A DNA stretch of 64,000 nt from Patescibacteria group bacterium (GCA_041662665.1 JBAZSC010000001.1:385511-449510), one strand, 5' to 3'; shown: positions 46,404-56,771, counted from the first letter of the stretch. Numbers and translations: made by a program. The notes: generated by a model from the sequence alone, not told the origin.

Positions 46404-48044
46404 ATGCGCCATATCTATCTCGAAGAAGATGATGAAATAATTTCCGTAATTGATAAAATAAAAAACGTTCAAGATAGCAACGTTGAGTTAGTATTCCCAA
46501 ATAAATCACCTTTGATTAGAAGTATTGTTAACTTAAAAATATTAAAACGCCAATCAGACATTTTGAAGAAAAATATTATTGTTGTTTCAACAGACGAGAT
46601 TGGCCAAGTTCTAGCAAAGAAAGCAAATCTACAAATCAAATCCAAAGTAGATGATAGCCAAGATGAAGACCAAGAATCACAAGTTTCTGATGTTCCTAAA
46701 AATGGTCCTGTTTTTAAATCATACAAAGAAGAAGAATTATTAAAGAATATTAAAAAATTAAAAAATCAAGAAACTCCAGAAGTAAACAAGCCAGATTATA
46801 AAGAAATATCTAAAGATTCAAAAAGAAAACAAATTGAACTTTTGAAAAAAAAGTTTTCAACAAATCAAAAACCAAAATTTGTTTTGTTGCCGTCAAAAAT
46901 ATCAAAAATAATTTTAGGTTTTTTTGGCGTTTGTTTAGTTATCGGCATTATTGCAATTATCTTTATCTTGCCAAAAGCCCAAATTATCTATTCACCAAAA
47001 ACAGAACCTTTTACTCATACCTTAGAAGCAACATTAGTTCAAGGACTTAGCGAACCAAATATTGCCGACAAACAAATTTCTTATGAACTTGCAACAATTG
47101 AAAAAAGTAGTGACGAAGCAAATTTTAATGCAAGCGGAGAAAAAGATATTGGTGCAAAAGCAAAAGGACAAATTACAATTTACAATAAATATTCTTCAGA
47201 GCCACAACCATTAATCGCAACAACAAGATTCATGGGAAATAATGGCAAAATTTATCGCTTAGCTAACGATATAAATGTTCCAGGCGCCAAAATCGATGAA
47301 GGAAAGACTATAGCCGGAAGTATTGATGCTACAATTGAAGCTGATGCTTTTGGCAGTGAATATAATTTAGAAGCAGGTGCTTTTGCAATTCCTGGTCTAA
47401 GCTTAGATAAACAGCAAGCTATCTATGCAGAAACAGTTTCCGCAATAACTGGAGGAGAATCAAAAAAAGTTACTGTCATAACTTCCGATGATTTGAAAAA
47501 AGCAAAAGATGATTTACTTGCAAAAGTTAGTCAAAAAATAGCAGAAGAATACAAAACCAAGATCCCAAATGACAAGATAATTATTGATGGTGCAATTAAA
47601 AATGAAATTCTTGATTCGAAAACATCTGGTGAAGAAAATAAAGAAATGAAAGATTTCAAGATGTCTGTATCTGTAAAAAGTACTATTCCTTATGTTTCAA
47701 AAAATGATTTGCAAAAAATAGTTTTTGCTGATGCCAATAGTTTCTTGCCAGAAAATAAACAATTGCTTGATGAAAATTTAGACAATGGAATAAATTACGA
47801 AAGTATTTCACAAGAAGAAAATAAAATAAATGTCAAAATTTCTTTGAACAAAAAAATGTACACAAAGATTGATGAGCTAGAAGTAAAAAATAATATCGTT
47901 GGCAAAAAATCGCAAGAAGCAATAGACTATATCATGACCAATCCTTATGTTTATAAAGCTGAAGTTAATTTGTGGCCATTCTGGGTAAAGAGAGTTCCGC
48001 GCATCAAAAGTAAGATCAATATAAGCGAAAAAGAGCTTGACTAA
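46404..48044 (+). CDS. Membrane protein with a baseplate J/gp47-like extracellular domain
   Basis: TM near aa 170-190; AKGQITIYN, EADAFGSEYN, AITGG resemble baseplate-J-like domains. Confidence 0.6.
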   Translation: MRHIYLEEDDEIISVIDKIKNVQDSNVELVFPNKSPLIRSIVNLKILKRQSDILKKNIIVVSTDEIGQVLAKKANLQIKSKVDDSQDEDQESQVSDVPKNGPVFKSYKEEELLKNIKKLKNQETPEVNKPDYKEISKDSKRKQIELLKKKFSTNQKPKFVLLPSKISKIILGFFGVCLVIGIIAIIFILPKAQIIYSPKTEPFTHTLEATLVQGLSEPNIADKQISYELATIEKSSDEANFNASGEKDIGAKAKGQITIYNKYSSEPQPLIATTRFMGNNGKIYRLANDINVPGAKIDEGKTIAGSIDATIEADAFGSEYNLEAGAFAIPGLSLDKQQAIYAETVSAITGGESKKVTVITSDDLKKAKDDLLAKVSQKIAEEYKTKIPNDKIIIDGAIKNEILDSKTSGEENKEMKDFKMSVSVKSTIPYVSKNDLQKIVFADANSFLPENKQLLDENLDNGINYESISQEENKINVKISLNKKMYTKIDELEVKNNIVGKKSQEAIDYIMTNPYVYKAEVNLWPFWVKRVPRIKSKINISEKELD

Positions 48045-48115
48045 GCTAAAATAAAAAAAGTCCCAAAAAGTCATTGACATTAATAAAATTACGATATATA
48101 ATTAACCTAAATTAG

Positions 48116-48206
48116 TGCAGCACTAACTTAGTTCTGACGGTTTCAAAAATACTGTCTAGCTGCTGAGGTTTTTGTTTGTAATCGTTAGATTTAAATTAGT
48201 GCTGCA
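48116..48206 (+). promoter_or_regulatory. Long hairpin in the infA 5' leader
   Basis: TGCAGCACTAA/TTAGTGCTGCA plus an extended imperfect stem; TTGACA promoter near 48074. Confidence 0.55.
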
Positions 48207-48217
48207 TCATATCTTTT

Positions 48218-48445
48218 ATGTCTAAAAATTCGCAGCGCAAAGAGATTATTGAAATGACTGGTAAAGTTGTAGAGACGTTACCAAATGCCAATTTCAAAAT
48301 TAAACTTGAAAATGGCCATGAGATTTGGGGCTATGCTTCAGGCAAAATGAAAATCAATTTGATTAAACTTTTGCCAGGAGATAAAGTATTGATTGAATTG
48401 AGCCCATACGATTTATCAAAAGGTAGAATTACTAGAAGACTGTAA
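48218..48445 (+). CDS. infA: Translation initiation factor IF-1
   Basis: [31 protein letters not shown]. Confidence 0.97.
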   Translation: MSKNSQRKEIIEMTGKVVETLPNANFKIKLENGHEIWGYASGKMKINLIKLLPGDKVLIELSPYDLSKGRITRRL

Positions 48446-48455
48446 TTGACGGACA

Positions 48456-48510
48456 ATTAACTTTTAACTATTAACACTTAACTTTATGTTAACTGTTAGT
48501 TGTTAACTGC
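48456..48510. repeat. Heptamer inverted-arm hairpin (TTAACNN / GTTAACT)
   Basis: ttaacttttaactattaacacttaac ... gttaactgttagttgttaactg. Confidence 0.8.
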
Positions 48511-48524
48511 TAAAAAAATCAATC

Positions 48525-48638
48525 ATGAAAGTAAGAGCATCAGTAAAAAGAATTTGTAATAAATGTAAACCTGTTCACAGAAAAGGCAGAATTTATATTA
48601 TTTGTGAAAATCCAAAACATAAACAACGCCAGGGCTAA
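48525..48638 (+). CDS. rpmJ: 50S ribosomal protein L36 (absent from the ORF track)
   Basis: Manual translation [37 protein letters not shown]. Confidence 0.97.
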   Translation: MKVRASVKRICNKCKPVHRKGRIYIICENPKHKQRQG

Positions 48639-48689
48639 CTTTTGATTTTGACGTTTTATTTTAGACTTTAGACTTTTAACTAATAAAAT

Positions 48690-49079
48690 ATGGCTAGAAT
48701 CGCTAGTATCACAATTCCATCAGAAAAAAGAATAGATGTCGCTTTGACATATATTTATGGTATTGGCTTGAATCTTAGTAAAAAGGTTTTAAAGACAGCT
48801 AATATTGCTTGGAATAAGAAAACTAAGGAATTAACGACTGACGAAATCAATACATTAAAGAATCTTATTGAAAAAAGACACAAGGTTGAAGGTGATTTGC
48901 GTCGTGAAAAAATGCTTAATGTTAAAAGATTAAAAGAAATAAACTGCTATCGCGGCACTAGACATGCTAGAAATCTTCCTGTTCGCGGTCAAAGAACAAA
49001 GACCAATTCTAGAACAGTAAGAGGTAATGTAAGAAGAACAGCTGGTAGTGGCAAGCGCGCTTCAGCAGAAAAGACTTAA
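48690..49079 (+). CDS. rpsM: 30S ribosomal protein S13
   Basis: MARIA, ALTYIYGIG, YRGTRH..LPVRGQRTKTN. Confidence 0.98.
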   Translation: MARIASITIPSEKRIDVALTYIYGIGLNLSKKVLKTANIAWNKKTKELTTDEINTLKNLIEKRHKVEGDLRREKMLNVKRLKEINCYRGTRHARNLPVRGQRTKTNSRTVRGNVRRTAGSGKRASAEKT

Positions 49080-49086
49080 AAAATTT

Positions 49087-49482
49087 ATGGCTAACACATT
49101 TACTAAAAAAAGTGCAAAGAAGAAAGTAGTCCGCAAAATTAGCAAGGGTCGTGCTTATATTGCATCAACTTATAACAATACCCATGTTTCTTTAACAGAC
49201 TTAAATGGAAATGTTATTTCTTGGAGCAATGCTGGAAAATTAGGCTTTAAGGGCGCAAAAAGATCTACTCCTTATGCTGCAACTGAAATTGTTAAAGATG
49301 CTATTACTAAAGCAAAACCAACAGGCATTAGCGAGATTGATGTATTTGTTCGAGGTATTGGTGGCGGACGTGAAGCAGCAATCAGAGCTTTATATTCAAA
49401 TGGTTTAAATATCGTCTCTATCAAGGATATTACTCCAATTCCACATAATGGTTGCAGACCTCCAAAAGTAAGACGCGTTTAA
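49087..49482 (+). CDS. rpsK: 30S ribosomal protein S11
   Basis: STYNNT, GFKGAKRSTPYAA, DITPIPHNGCRPPK. Confidence 0.98.
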   Translation: MANTFTKKSAKKKVVRKISKGRAYIASTYNNTHVSLTDLNGNVISWSNAGKLGFKGAKRSTPYAATEIVKDAITKAKPTGISEIDVFVRGIGGGREAAIRALYSNGLNIVSIKDITPIPHNGCRPPKVRRV

Positions 49483-49569
49483 CAGTTGAATTTAATCTTA
49501 AATTAAATAAAAGAGATTAGAAAAACTTTCTCAATATCCAATTTCTAATTTCCAATTTCTAAATCTATT

Positions 49570-50193
49570 ATGCTATACAAGAAATGCAAAAAATGCCGAC
49601 GTTATGGTGAAAAACTTTTTTTGAAAGGTGATCGTTGTTATACGCCAAAATGCGCAATAACAAGAAGAAACTATGCTCCTGGAATTCATGGTGATACTGG
49701 AAAGCCAAAGAAAATGTCTGAATTTGGTACTCAACTTTTTGAAAAGCAAAAAGCTAAAAAGATTTATGGACTTCGTGAAAAACAATTCAAAGGTTATTAT
49801 CAAAAAGCTAGCAAGCAAAGAGGTGTTACTGGTGAAAAAATTGCTCAATTACTAGAAACAAGATTAGATAATATCGTTTTTAGATTAGGTTTCGCAAAGT
49901 CTAGGAATTTAAGCCGTCAGATTGTTAATCATGGACATGTTTTAGTTAATGAAAAGCCAGTTGATATTGCTTCTCATCAACTAAAAATTAATGATGTTGT
50001 CAAGATTAAGAACAAATCAAAAGCTAATAAATATTTTGTTAATATTCCAAAATCGATTGTAAAAGATTCTATTCCTCGCTGGTTAGACGTAAATCCAAAA
50101 GAATATTCTGGAAAAGTTATCGCAATGCCAAGTCTTGCTGATATGGATCATTCAATTGGCATGAAGCAAATTATCGAATCATATTCAAAATAA
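49570..50193 (+). CDS. rpsD: 30S ribosomal protein S4
   Basis: CKKCRR..KLFLKG, EKQK, LETRLDNIVFRLG. Confidence 0.97.
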   Translation: MLYKKCKKCRRYGEKLFLKGDRCYTPKCAITRRNYAPGIHGDTGKPKKMSEFGTQLFEKQKAKKIYGLREKQFKGYYQKASKQRGVTGEKIAQLLETRLDNIVFRLGFAKSRNLSRQIVNHGHVLVNEKPVDIASHQLKINDVVKIKNKSKANKYFVNIPKSIVKDSIPRWLDVNPKEYSGKVIAMPSLADMDHSIGMKQIIESYSK

Positions 50194-50212
50194 TTAATAC
50201 ATTTTTTTTATT

Positions 50213-50302
50213 TTTCTGCGTCTTCTGCGTTCGATTCTGCGTAAGTCTGCGTTCATATTTGAACCGCAGAAAAAGCAGAATATAACGCAGAAAGCGCAGA
50301 AT
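50213..50302. repeat. 9-11 nt inverted-arm hairpin (TCTGCGT / ACGCAGA)
   Basis: ttctgcgtcttctgcgttcgattctgcgtaagtctgcg ... cgcagaaaaagcagaatataacgcagaaagcgcagaa. Confidence 0.9.
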
Positions 50303-50331
50303 ATATTTATAAGCATTTAATTATAATTTTT

Positions 50332-51291
50332 ATGGAGGAAATTATCATACCATCAAAGATTGCTGCCCTAAAAGAAGAAGATAATGAATCTACTATTGTT
50401 ATTGAGCCATGTTTTCCTGGATACGGTCTTACTTTAGGCAACGCATTAAGAAGAATTTTACTTTCTTCTCTTAAAGGTGCTGCAATTACTGCTATTAAGA
50501 TTAAAGGTGTTGATCATGAATTTACAGCTATTGAACATATCAAAGAGAGCGTTATTGATATTATTTTGAATGTAAAGAAAATTAGAGTTAAATCATTCTC
50601 AACTGAGCCTGTTAGAGTAAAATTATCACACAAAGGCGTAGGCGAAATTACTGCAAAAGAAATCAAAGCTACTAGCGATATTGAAGTTATCAACAAAGAT
50701 CAAAAAATTGCCGAAGCTACAAGCAAAGATGCTAATTTTGAAATGGAATTTGTTATTGAACAAGGAATGGGTTATTTACCAGTTGAACAAAGAAATGGCA
50801 AAGATCTAGAAATCGGCATGATCGCAGTTGATGCTATTTTTTCTCCAGTTATTGCTGTTGGCTACAAAGTTGAAAGTACTCGTGTTGGACAAAGAACAGA
50901 CTTTGACAAACTTATCTTAAATGTAAAAACAGATGGTTCAATTTCTCCTTTAGACGCAATTGCAAAATCAGCAAAAATTTTAGTTGACCAATTCTCAATA
51001 TTAGCTGGTAAGGAAATGATTGAAAAGAAAATCAAAGAAGGTAAAGAAGAAAAAGAACAGCCAGCAGAAGAAAAAGAAGAAGCAACTACAGAAGCAGGAG
51101 AAAAATTAGTTTCCGAATTAAAATTATCAACAAGAACATATAATTCATTAGATAAAGCAAAAATCAGAAAAGTTAAGGATTTGATCAAAAAATCAGAAAA
51201 AGATTTATTAGAATTAGAAGGCTTTGGCGAAACAGCTTTGAAAGAAATCAAAAAAGAATTAAAGAAATTAGATTTAGATTTAAAAGCGTAA
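50332..51291 (+). CDS. rpoA: RNA polymerase alpha subunit
   Basis: GYGLTLGNALRRILLSS, DAIFSPV, RVGQRTDFDKL, alpha-CTD. Confidence 0.98.
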   Translation: MEEIIIPSKIAALKEEDNESTIVIEPCFPGYGLTLGNALRRILLSSLKGAAITAIKIKGVDHEFTAIEHIKESVIDIILNVKKIRVKSFSTEPVRVKLSHKGVGEITAKEIKATSDIEVINKDQKIAEATSKDANFEMEFVIEQGMGYLPVEQRNGKDLEIGMIAVDAIFSPVIAVGYKVESTRVGQRTDFDKLILNVKTDGSISPLDAIAKSAKILVDQFSILAGKEMIEKKIKEGKEEKEQPAEEKEEATTEAGEKLVSELKLSTRTYNSLDKAKIRKVKDLIKKSEKDLLELEGFGETALKEIKKELKKLDLDLKA

Positions 51292-51335
51292 TATTTTATT
51301 TTTAATTTTAGATTTTAGACTTTTAATTAACAAAG

Positions 51336-51686
51336 ATGCGACATCTTAAGAATACTAAAAAATTAGGACGTGATAGAGCACAACGAAAAGCTTTGAAAAA
51401 AATGTTAGCTTCATCTTTAATTTTGCATGGCAAAATTCAAACAACAGAAGCAAAAGCATCTTTTGTCAGACCTTATATCGAAAAGATAATTACTGCTTGC
51501 AGAGAAAAAAGTTTAATTTCGAAAAGAGCATTAAATCAAGATTTAAATAGCAAAGCAGCCATCAAATTCAGCAAAGATTTAGCAATAAAATTCGCTGGCA
51601 AAAAAGGCGGTTACACAAGAATCACAAAGTTGTTCACTCGCAAAGGCGATAATGCTAAAATGGTATTACTAGAATTAATTCAATAA
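51336..51686 (+). CDS. rplQ: 50S ribosomal protein L17
   Basis: MRH, KLGR, IQTTEAKA, GGYTRI, RKGDNA. Confidence 0.97.
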   Translation: MRHLKNTKKLGRDRAQRKALKKMLASSLILHGKIQTTEAKASFVRPYIEKIITACREKSLISKRALNQDLNSKAAIKFSKDLAIKFAGKKGGYTRITKLFTRKGDNAKMVLLELIQ

Positions 51687-51716
51687 CAGTTTATTAGTGA
51701 AATATTAGTGTATTAT

Positions 51717-52109
51717 ATGAAAACATTTATTCCAGAATCAAAAAATATTAAGAGAGAAAAACATATTCTTGATGCTTCAAAAGAATCATTGGGAAGATTA
51801 GCAACAAAAGCTGCTACTTTTTTAATGGGCAAACACAAAGTTGATTATACTGCTCATTTAGATATGGGAGATTTTGTAACTGTTATTAATTCCAGTGAAG
51901 TTATTTTGACTGGCAACAAAATGGAAGATAAAAAATATCATCATTCATCTTGGTATTTAGGAAATTTAAGAACATTTTCTGCACAAGAAAAATATAATAA
52001 GAATCCTAATTTTTTGATTAAGAACGCAGTCAAAGGCATGTTGCCAAAAAATAGGCTTCAAAATGCTAGATTAAAAAGATTAACATTATTCACAAATGAC
52101 GGAAAATAA
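51717..52109 (+). CDS. rplM: 50S ribosomal protein L13
   Basis: LGRLAT, LMGKHK, DMGDFV, AVKGMLPKN. Confidence 0.97.
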   Translation: MKTFIPESKNIKREKHILDASKESLGRLATKAATFLMGKHKVDYTAHLDMGDFVTVINSSEVILTGNKMEDKKYHHSSWYLGNLRTFSAQEKYNKNPNFLIKNAVKGMLPKNRLQNARLKRLTLFTNDGK

Positions 52110-52563
52110 GAAACCAGAGACAATTAAAGAAGTTGCTAAAGAAGTTATTCAAGAAAAACAAGCCGGCGATTTAGCTGGAAAATATTATTATGGAACAGGC
52201 AGAAGAAAAAGAGCTATTGCCCAAGTCAGATTATATCGCGGTAATGGAAAATTTACTGTAAATAAAAAAGAATTAAAAGTATATTTCAAAAATGCAGATT
52301 TAAGAGATATTATTTTAGAGCCATATAAATCAGTTGGTCAAGAAGGAAAATTTGATACAACGGTTAAGGTTTTAGGTGGTGGATCAAAAGGCCAAGCTGA
52401 AGCAGTTAGATTAGGAATTTCAAGAGCCTTAGTTGTCAAAAATCAGACTTACAAAGTTCCTCTAAAAAAATCAGGATTCTTAACAAGAGATCCAAGAGAA
52501 ACAGAAAGAAAGAAGCCAGGTTTAAAGAAAGCAAGACGCGCTCCACAATGGGCAAAGAGATAA
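52096..52563 (+). CDS. rpsI: 30S ribosomal protein S9
   Basis: GTGRRK, GGGSKGQA, LTRDPRETERKKPGLKKAR. Confidence 0.98.
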   Translation: MTENKKPETIKEVAKEVIQEKQAGDLAGKYYYGTGRRKRAIAQVRLYRGNGKFTVNKKELKVYFKNADLRDIILEPYKSVGQEGKFDTTVKVLGGGSKGQAEAVRLGISRALVVKNQTYKVPLKKSGFLTRDPRETERKKPGLKKARRAPQWAKR

Positions 52564-52667
52564 AAAAATATTTGGCCGCGGGATTTATTCTCGCGGTTTT
52601 TTTATTTTCTCTTGAAAAGAAAAAGAACAATAGTATACTTATATTAGCTCTTTGCAGGAGGAAAACG

Positions 52668-53159
52668 ATGAAGCCAAGTAAAGGATTCAACGCTCCATCA
52701 ATGTGTAGAACTTATCTACGCGAAGATCAGAATCAACATAAAAATGAAGATGACTTGAAACAGAGATTGTATAACAGTATTAGGAAAATCTTGGGCATCA
52801 ATATTTCTGACCAAGAATTAATGCAAAGCATGAAAAAACTGTCTGCAAGATCGCAACGAGAAAATATGATTCGTCATGTTCGACCGGCACATCAAGAATC
52901 TTTAAGACGTATTCAAGATCTAGACCTTATCAAAGAAACGTACCGCAATCTCAACACTGAACTCACAGACGAGCAAGCAAGTATAGTTAGAGACGAATTA
53001 TTAGATAAGTTTTTACCTGGTTGGTTAGATGACCGTTTTGATTCGTTGGGTTTTTTCTGGGCAATGGATTTGTTGCCAGCATGGTATTCTACAAAAGAAC
53101 GAATGGCAAAAGTTTTAGATATCGATCTTTCAAGGTATCCACCACTTGAATCAGCCTAG
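52668..53159 (+). CDS. Orphan hypothetical protein (SD-cassette class; start revised to 52668)
   Basis: TTGAAA-16-TATACT, GGAGG SD; stop lies inside the terminator AATCAGCCTAGGCTGATT. Confidence 0.7.
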   Translation: MKPSKGFNAPSMCRTYLREDQNQHKNEDDLKQRLYNSIRKILGINISDQELMQSMKKLSARSQRENMIRHVRPAHQESLRRIQDLDLIKETYRNLNTELTDEQASIVRDELLDKFLPGWLDDRFDSLGFFWAMDLLPAWYSTKERMAKVLDIDLSRYPPLESA

Positions 53160-53350
53160 GCTGATTTTTTTTATACTTGTCAGCCGAAGTGTCAAAATAT
53201 TTTTTTAAGATAAAGAATTTCAACAGTAAAAGAAAGAATTCGTAAAACAAGTCCAAACAAAAACGAAGGCTGACAAAAAAACTGCATTTCAGCAGTTAGT
53301 AATCTGTGTATCTGTGTCGCATCTGTTAAATATCTGTATAAAATCTGTGG

Positions 53351-54781
53351 CTAGAATAAACTATCGTCTTCCGAAATTCTAGCTTCGAATAAAGTTTTAT
53401 CAGGATTTAAAAATATTAAATTTTCGCCTTTCAAGCCAATTGCAAAATTTGAAACATTAAAATTATTAAATGTGTACGAATTTTTAGTGCTTCTTTCATC
53501 TAATTCAATCACATTTAATTTGTCATCAATATTATATAAAACATGCTCAAAATCTGAATACCAAATCGCTTTATCAATTCTTGTCTGAGATCTGGCAATC
53601 AAATTTGCATTATTTACTTTATATTCATTATGAATCAACGGAATTTCAGATGAACGATTTACTAATTCATAAAACCACATCTCAACATCATTATAATATA
53701 ATAATTTGTTTTCTTCTTCGCTCCAAACAAAATCTCTTGGGTTATCAAAAATTTTTGTTGCTGAAAATTCATTGCTGCCTTTTTTTTGTTTTGTTAGATA
53801 CAAGACATTATTTTCTAGCTTAAATGCAACTGCATTTTTTAATCCTACTTTAATTTCCGATGTTTTTAAATTATCAGGATTTTCTACAAACAAATTATCA
53901 GCTCCTAAATTATTTTCATTTGATCTTTTGATGACATATTTCTCATTTTCAAATTTTTCCAAAAATACATAATCATTTCCAATTGCATAATCAAATACAG
54001 AAGTTGAAGCAACAGATGGTATTGAAGACGAATCAGCATTAAAGCTATATAAATTATCATTATAAATCCAATAAATTAAGCTATCATTTTGCATTGACCA
54101 TTTTGGATTTAAAATATCAAAACCAAAAACATTATTTAAATTTATGACTTTTTCCGAATTAGCAATCATATAATTCTTTATTGCTGATGCTTCATTCCAA
54201 GTAAAAAAAGTATATCTGCCATTTAGCGATACTTGTAAATCAGAAAATTCTGCATTTTCATATTTTGAGCTCTCTTCTTTTTTTGGAAAAATTTTTGTTA
54301 ATTTTGATGAATCTAAATCGTATTCAAAAATGCCTTTTTTGTCTTGTTGATTGCTTGACAAAAATATTTTTTTCTCGTCAGGCAAATACTTAAAATTATC
54401 AAATGTTTGTTCTTTAGATAAAGATTTTAAGCTTGGATTTTCATAAAATAATCTAACATGACTTGCCCAATTTACTTTGCCACTTTTCACAGGTAATGTT
54501 TTCTTCCAAGAAAAAAAGTTTTGTTTTTCAATTCTTATTTTATAATTTTTCGGAGTCAGTGAAGAAGCTTTGAATGGAGTGCCATTATCAACAAATTTAT
54601 TATTTAAAAAGACATTAACACTTTCTGGTTGCGATTCAATAACTAGCATTCCAACTTTTGTAATCTCAAATTTTTTAAAATCAAAACGAAAGCCCATAGA
54701 ATAGAAAACCAAAAATGGTGCGAGTGTAATAAAAATGCCAATAGCTAAAGATAATAAAATTTGTCGATGCAATTTTCTCAT
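53351..54781 (-). CDS. PEGA-domain membrane-anchored protein with a beta-propeller-like C-terminus
   Basis: N-terminal TM; GMLVIESQPESVNVFLN...TP...YKIRIEK PEGA motif. Confidence 0.8.
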   Translation of the reverse strand: MRKLHRQILLSLAIGIFITLAPFLVFYSMGFRFDFKKFEITKVGMLVIESQPESVNVFLNNKFVDNGTPFKASSLTPKNYKIRIEKQNFFSWKKTLPVKSGKVNWASHVRLFYENPSLKSLSKEQTFDNFKYLPDEKKIFLSSNQQDKKGIFEYDLDSSKLTKIFPKKEESSKYENAEFSDLQVSLNGRYTFFTWNEASAIKNYMIANSEKVINLNNVFGFDILNPKWSMQNDSLIYWIYNDNLYSFNADSSSIPSVASTSVFDYAIGNDYVFLEKFENEKYVIKRSNENNLGADNLFVENPDNLKTSEIKVGLKNAVAFKLENNVLYLTKQKKGSNEFSATKIFDNPRDFVWSEEENKLLYYNDVEMWFYELVNRSSEIPLIHNEYKVNNANLIARSQTRIDKAIWYSDFEHVLYNIDDKLNVIELDERSTKNSYTFNNFNVSNFAIGLKGENLIFLNPDKTLFEARISEDDSLF

Positions 54782-54895
54782 ATAATATATTAATTAAAAA
54801 ATAACAATTTTTAATCATTTTGTCAAAACCAATCTTGACAGTTAAAATTGAGTTTGATAAAATATGCTTTGATTCGACCCAACGAGGAGGGAGAA

Positions 54896-55111
54896 ATGGC
54901 CTCACATGACACTTCCAGTGATGTGAAATTGGCACGAAAAATACTTGAAGAGTTTGATCCAGCAGAACTTCCTGAAGTTTCGCCTGATCAGCTGCCTGAC
55001 TTGCCAGAAGACAATCCGCCTCCTCCTAACCCTTTAGACCCGCTTGATGAAGGTAGAAGAAGCCCAATCAGATCAAAATTTCATGTCTATGGAGTTAACG
55101 AACTATTTTGA
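54896..55111 (+). CDS. Small acidic Pro-rich orphan protein (SD-cassette class)
   Basis: TTGACA-17-TAAAAT; GAGGAGGGAG SD. Confidence 0.65.
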   Translation: MASHDTSSDVKLARKILEEFDPAELPEVSPDQLPDLPEDNPPPPNPLDPLDEGRRSPIRSKFHVYGVNELF

Positions 55112-55173
55112 GTAATTTCTTTTCTGAAATTATCGTAATTGTTCTAGTTTCCTCAAGAAAGGAGAAGAAAGAA

Positions 55174-55368
55174 ATGCCAAAAGATTGGAATAGTATTGTT
55201 GGAAAGCCAAATCTAACTTCAAGAATTCCGGGACAGCCTACTGATATTGAGTTAGCGCAATGGAAAAAGGAACTTGCACAGCCATTGACTCTGTTAATCA
55301 TATTTGATGAAGATGAGCTTACAGAATGGAACAAATCCCATCAGATTCCAGATTTGATTGCAGGTTAA
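55174..55368 (+). CDS. Small orphan protein (SD-cassette class)
   Basis: AAGGAG leader; terminator ACTGTGA-ttt-TCACAGT-TTTT downstream. Confidence 0.6.
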   Translation: MPKDWNSIVGKPNLTSRIPGQPTDIELAQWKKELAQPLTLLIIFDEDELTEWNKSHQIPDLIAG

Positions 55369-55493
55369 TACATTTTTTGCACTTTTTACTACTGTGATTT
55401 TCACAGTTTTTTTATGTTGTATTTTCGCTATTTTTGTAATATACTTAAATAAATTCTAGTTACTTATTACTAGTTACTAATTACTTTTGTTTT

Positions 55494-56771
55494 ATGTCCA
55501 AATTCATAATTACAGGCCCAAATAAATTATCCGGCGAAATAAAAGTTGCAGGTGCAAAAAACAATGCCTTAAAAGTCATTGCTGCTACAGTTTTGACAGA
55601 TCAAGAAGTGATCTTAAAAAACATTCCAGATATTGAAGATGTTCATGTTATGTTTGAAATTTTAAAAGATCTTGGTGGTAATGTAGAAAAAATTAACGAT
55701 CATGAATACAAAGTCCAAACTAAAGAAATTAAAAAAACAGAATTAAACAAAAATCTAGTTGCAAAATTACGCGCTTCAATAATGTTTTTAGCTCCATTAC
55801 TAACTAGAGTTAACGAAGTAAAATTTCCATTTCCAGGTGGTGATATCATTGGTAAAAGACCAATTGATATTTATTTAGATGGCTTAGATCAGTTTGGCGT
55901 TGAAATAAAATTTGAACGAGATTATTATCATCTGAAAAGAACTAATGAAAAACTAAAAGCAACAAAATTTGTTTTTCCAATTATTTCTCATACTGTTACA
56001 GAAAGTTTAATTATGTCAGGAGTGTTGGCAGAAGGCAAAACAGTTCTAATTAACACAGCTTGTGAGCCAGAAATTGTCAGTTTGGCAGAATTTTTGAATT
56101 CTTTAGGAGCAAAAATTACCGGTGCTGGTACTCCAAATATTGAAATTGAAGGAGTCCCAAGTCTTAGCGGCGGAGAATTTACAGCAATTCCAGATCGTAT
56201 TGAAACTGGAACTTTTGCAATTTTGGGAGCATTGACTGGTGGCGATTTAAAAATTACAAATTGCGAACCGTCACATCTTGAAGTTTTCTGGAAAGTACTA
56301 AAACATATTGGTGTTAATTTTGAAATTGGCAAAGACTTTGTTAAGATAAATCCTTCAGAAGATCTTAATGTATGCAAAGGTTTAAATGCTTGTGAAGTTA
56401 GAACTCATGAATATCCAGGTTTCGCTACAGACTTGCAAGCTCCAGCAACAATTCTTTTAACTCAAGCCAAAGGTTTAAGCATGGTTCATGAAACAATTTA
56501 TGAAGGCAGATTATTCTATACTGATTCACTTAACAAAATGGGTGCCAATATTATTATGTGCGATCCGCATCGAATTGTTGTCCAAGGTCCAACAAAACTT
56601 TATGGCGCAAAACTAGAAAGTCCGGATATTAGAGCTGGTATTGCTTTAGTTATTGCAGCTTTAATTGCAGAAGGCAAATCAGAAATTGATAATATTTACC
56701 AAATTGATCGGGGATATGAAAAGATTGAGGAGAGGTTAAGAAATTTAGGAGCAAATATTCAAAGAGTCTAA
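55494..56771 (+). CDS. murA: UDP-N-acetylglucosamine enolpyruvyl transferase (Asp at the usual Cys115 position)
   Basis: GAKN, LRAS, PGGDIIGKRP, PDRIE, YPGFATDLQ, DIRAG, IDRGYE. Confidence 0.96.
   Translation: MSKFIITGPNKLSGEIKVAGAKNNALKVIAATVLTDQEVILKNIPDIEDVHVMFEILKDLGGNVEKINDHEYKVQTKEIKKTELNKNLVAKLRASIMFLAPLLTRVNEVKFPFPGGDIIGKRPIDIYLDGLDQFGVEIKFERDYYHLKRTNEKLKATKFVFPIISHTVTESLIMSGVLAEGKTVLINTACEPEIVSLAEFLNSLGAKITGAGTPNIEIEGVPSLSGGEFTAIPDRIETGTFAILGALTGGDLKITNCEPSHLEVFWKVLKHIGVNFEIGKDFVKINPSEDLNVCKGLNACEVRTHEYPGFATDLQAPATILLTQAKGLSMVHETIYEGRLFYTDSLNKMGANIIMCDPHRIVVQGPTKLYGAKLESPDIRAGIALVIAALIAEGKSEIDNIYQIDRGYEKIEERLRNLGANIQRV

Noticed and set aside
46404-48044. Prophage, based on the baseplate-J-like domain
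   Set aside because: The protein is membrane-anchored, flanked by housekeeping genes, and has no terminase, capsid or integrase nearby.
55494-56771. MurA Cys-to-Asp substitution as a novelty
   Set aside because: Known natural variant associated with intrinsic fosfomycin resistance.
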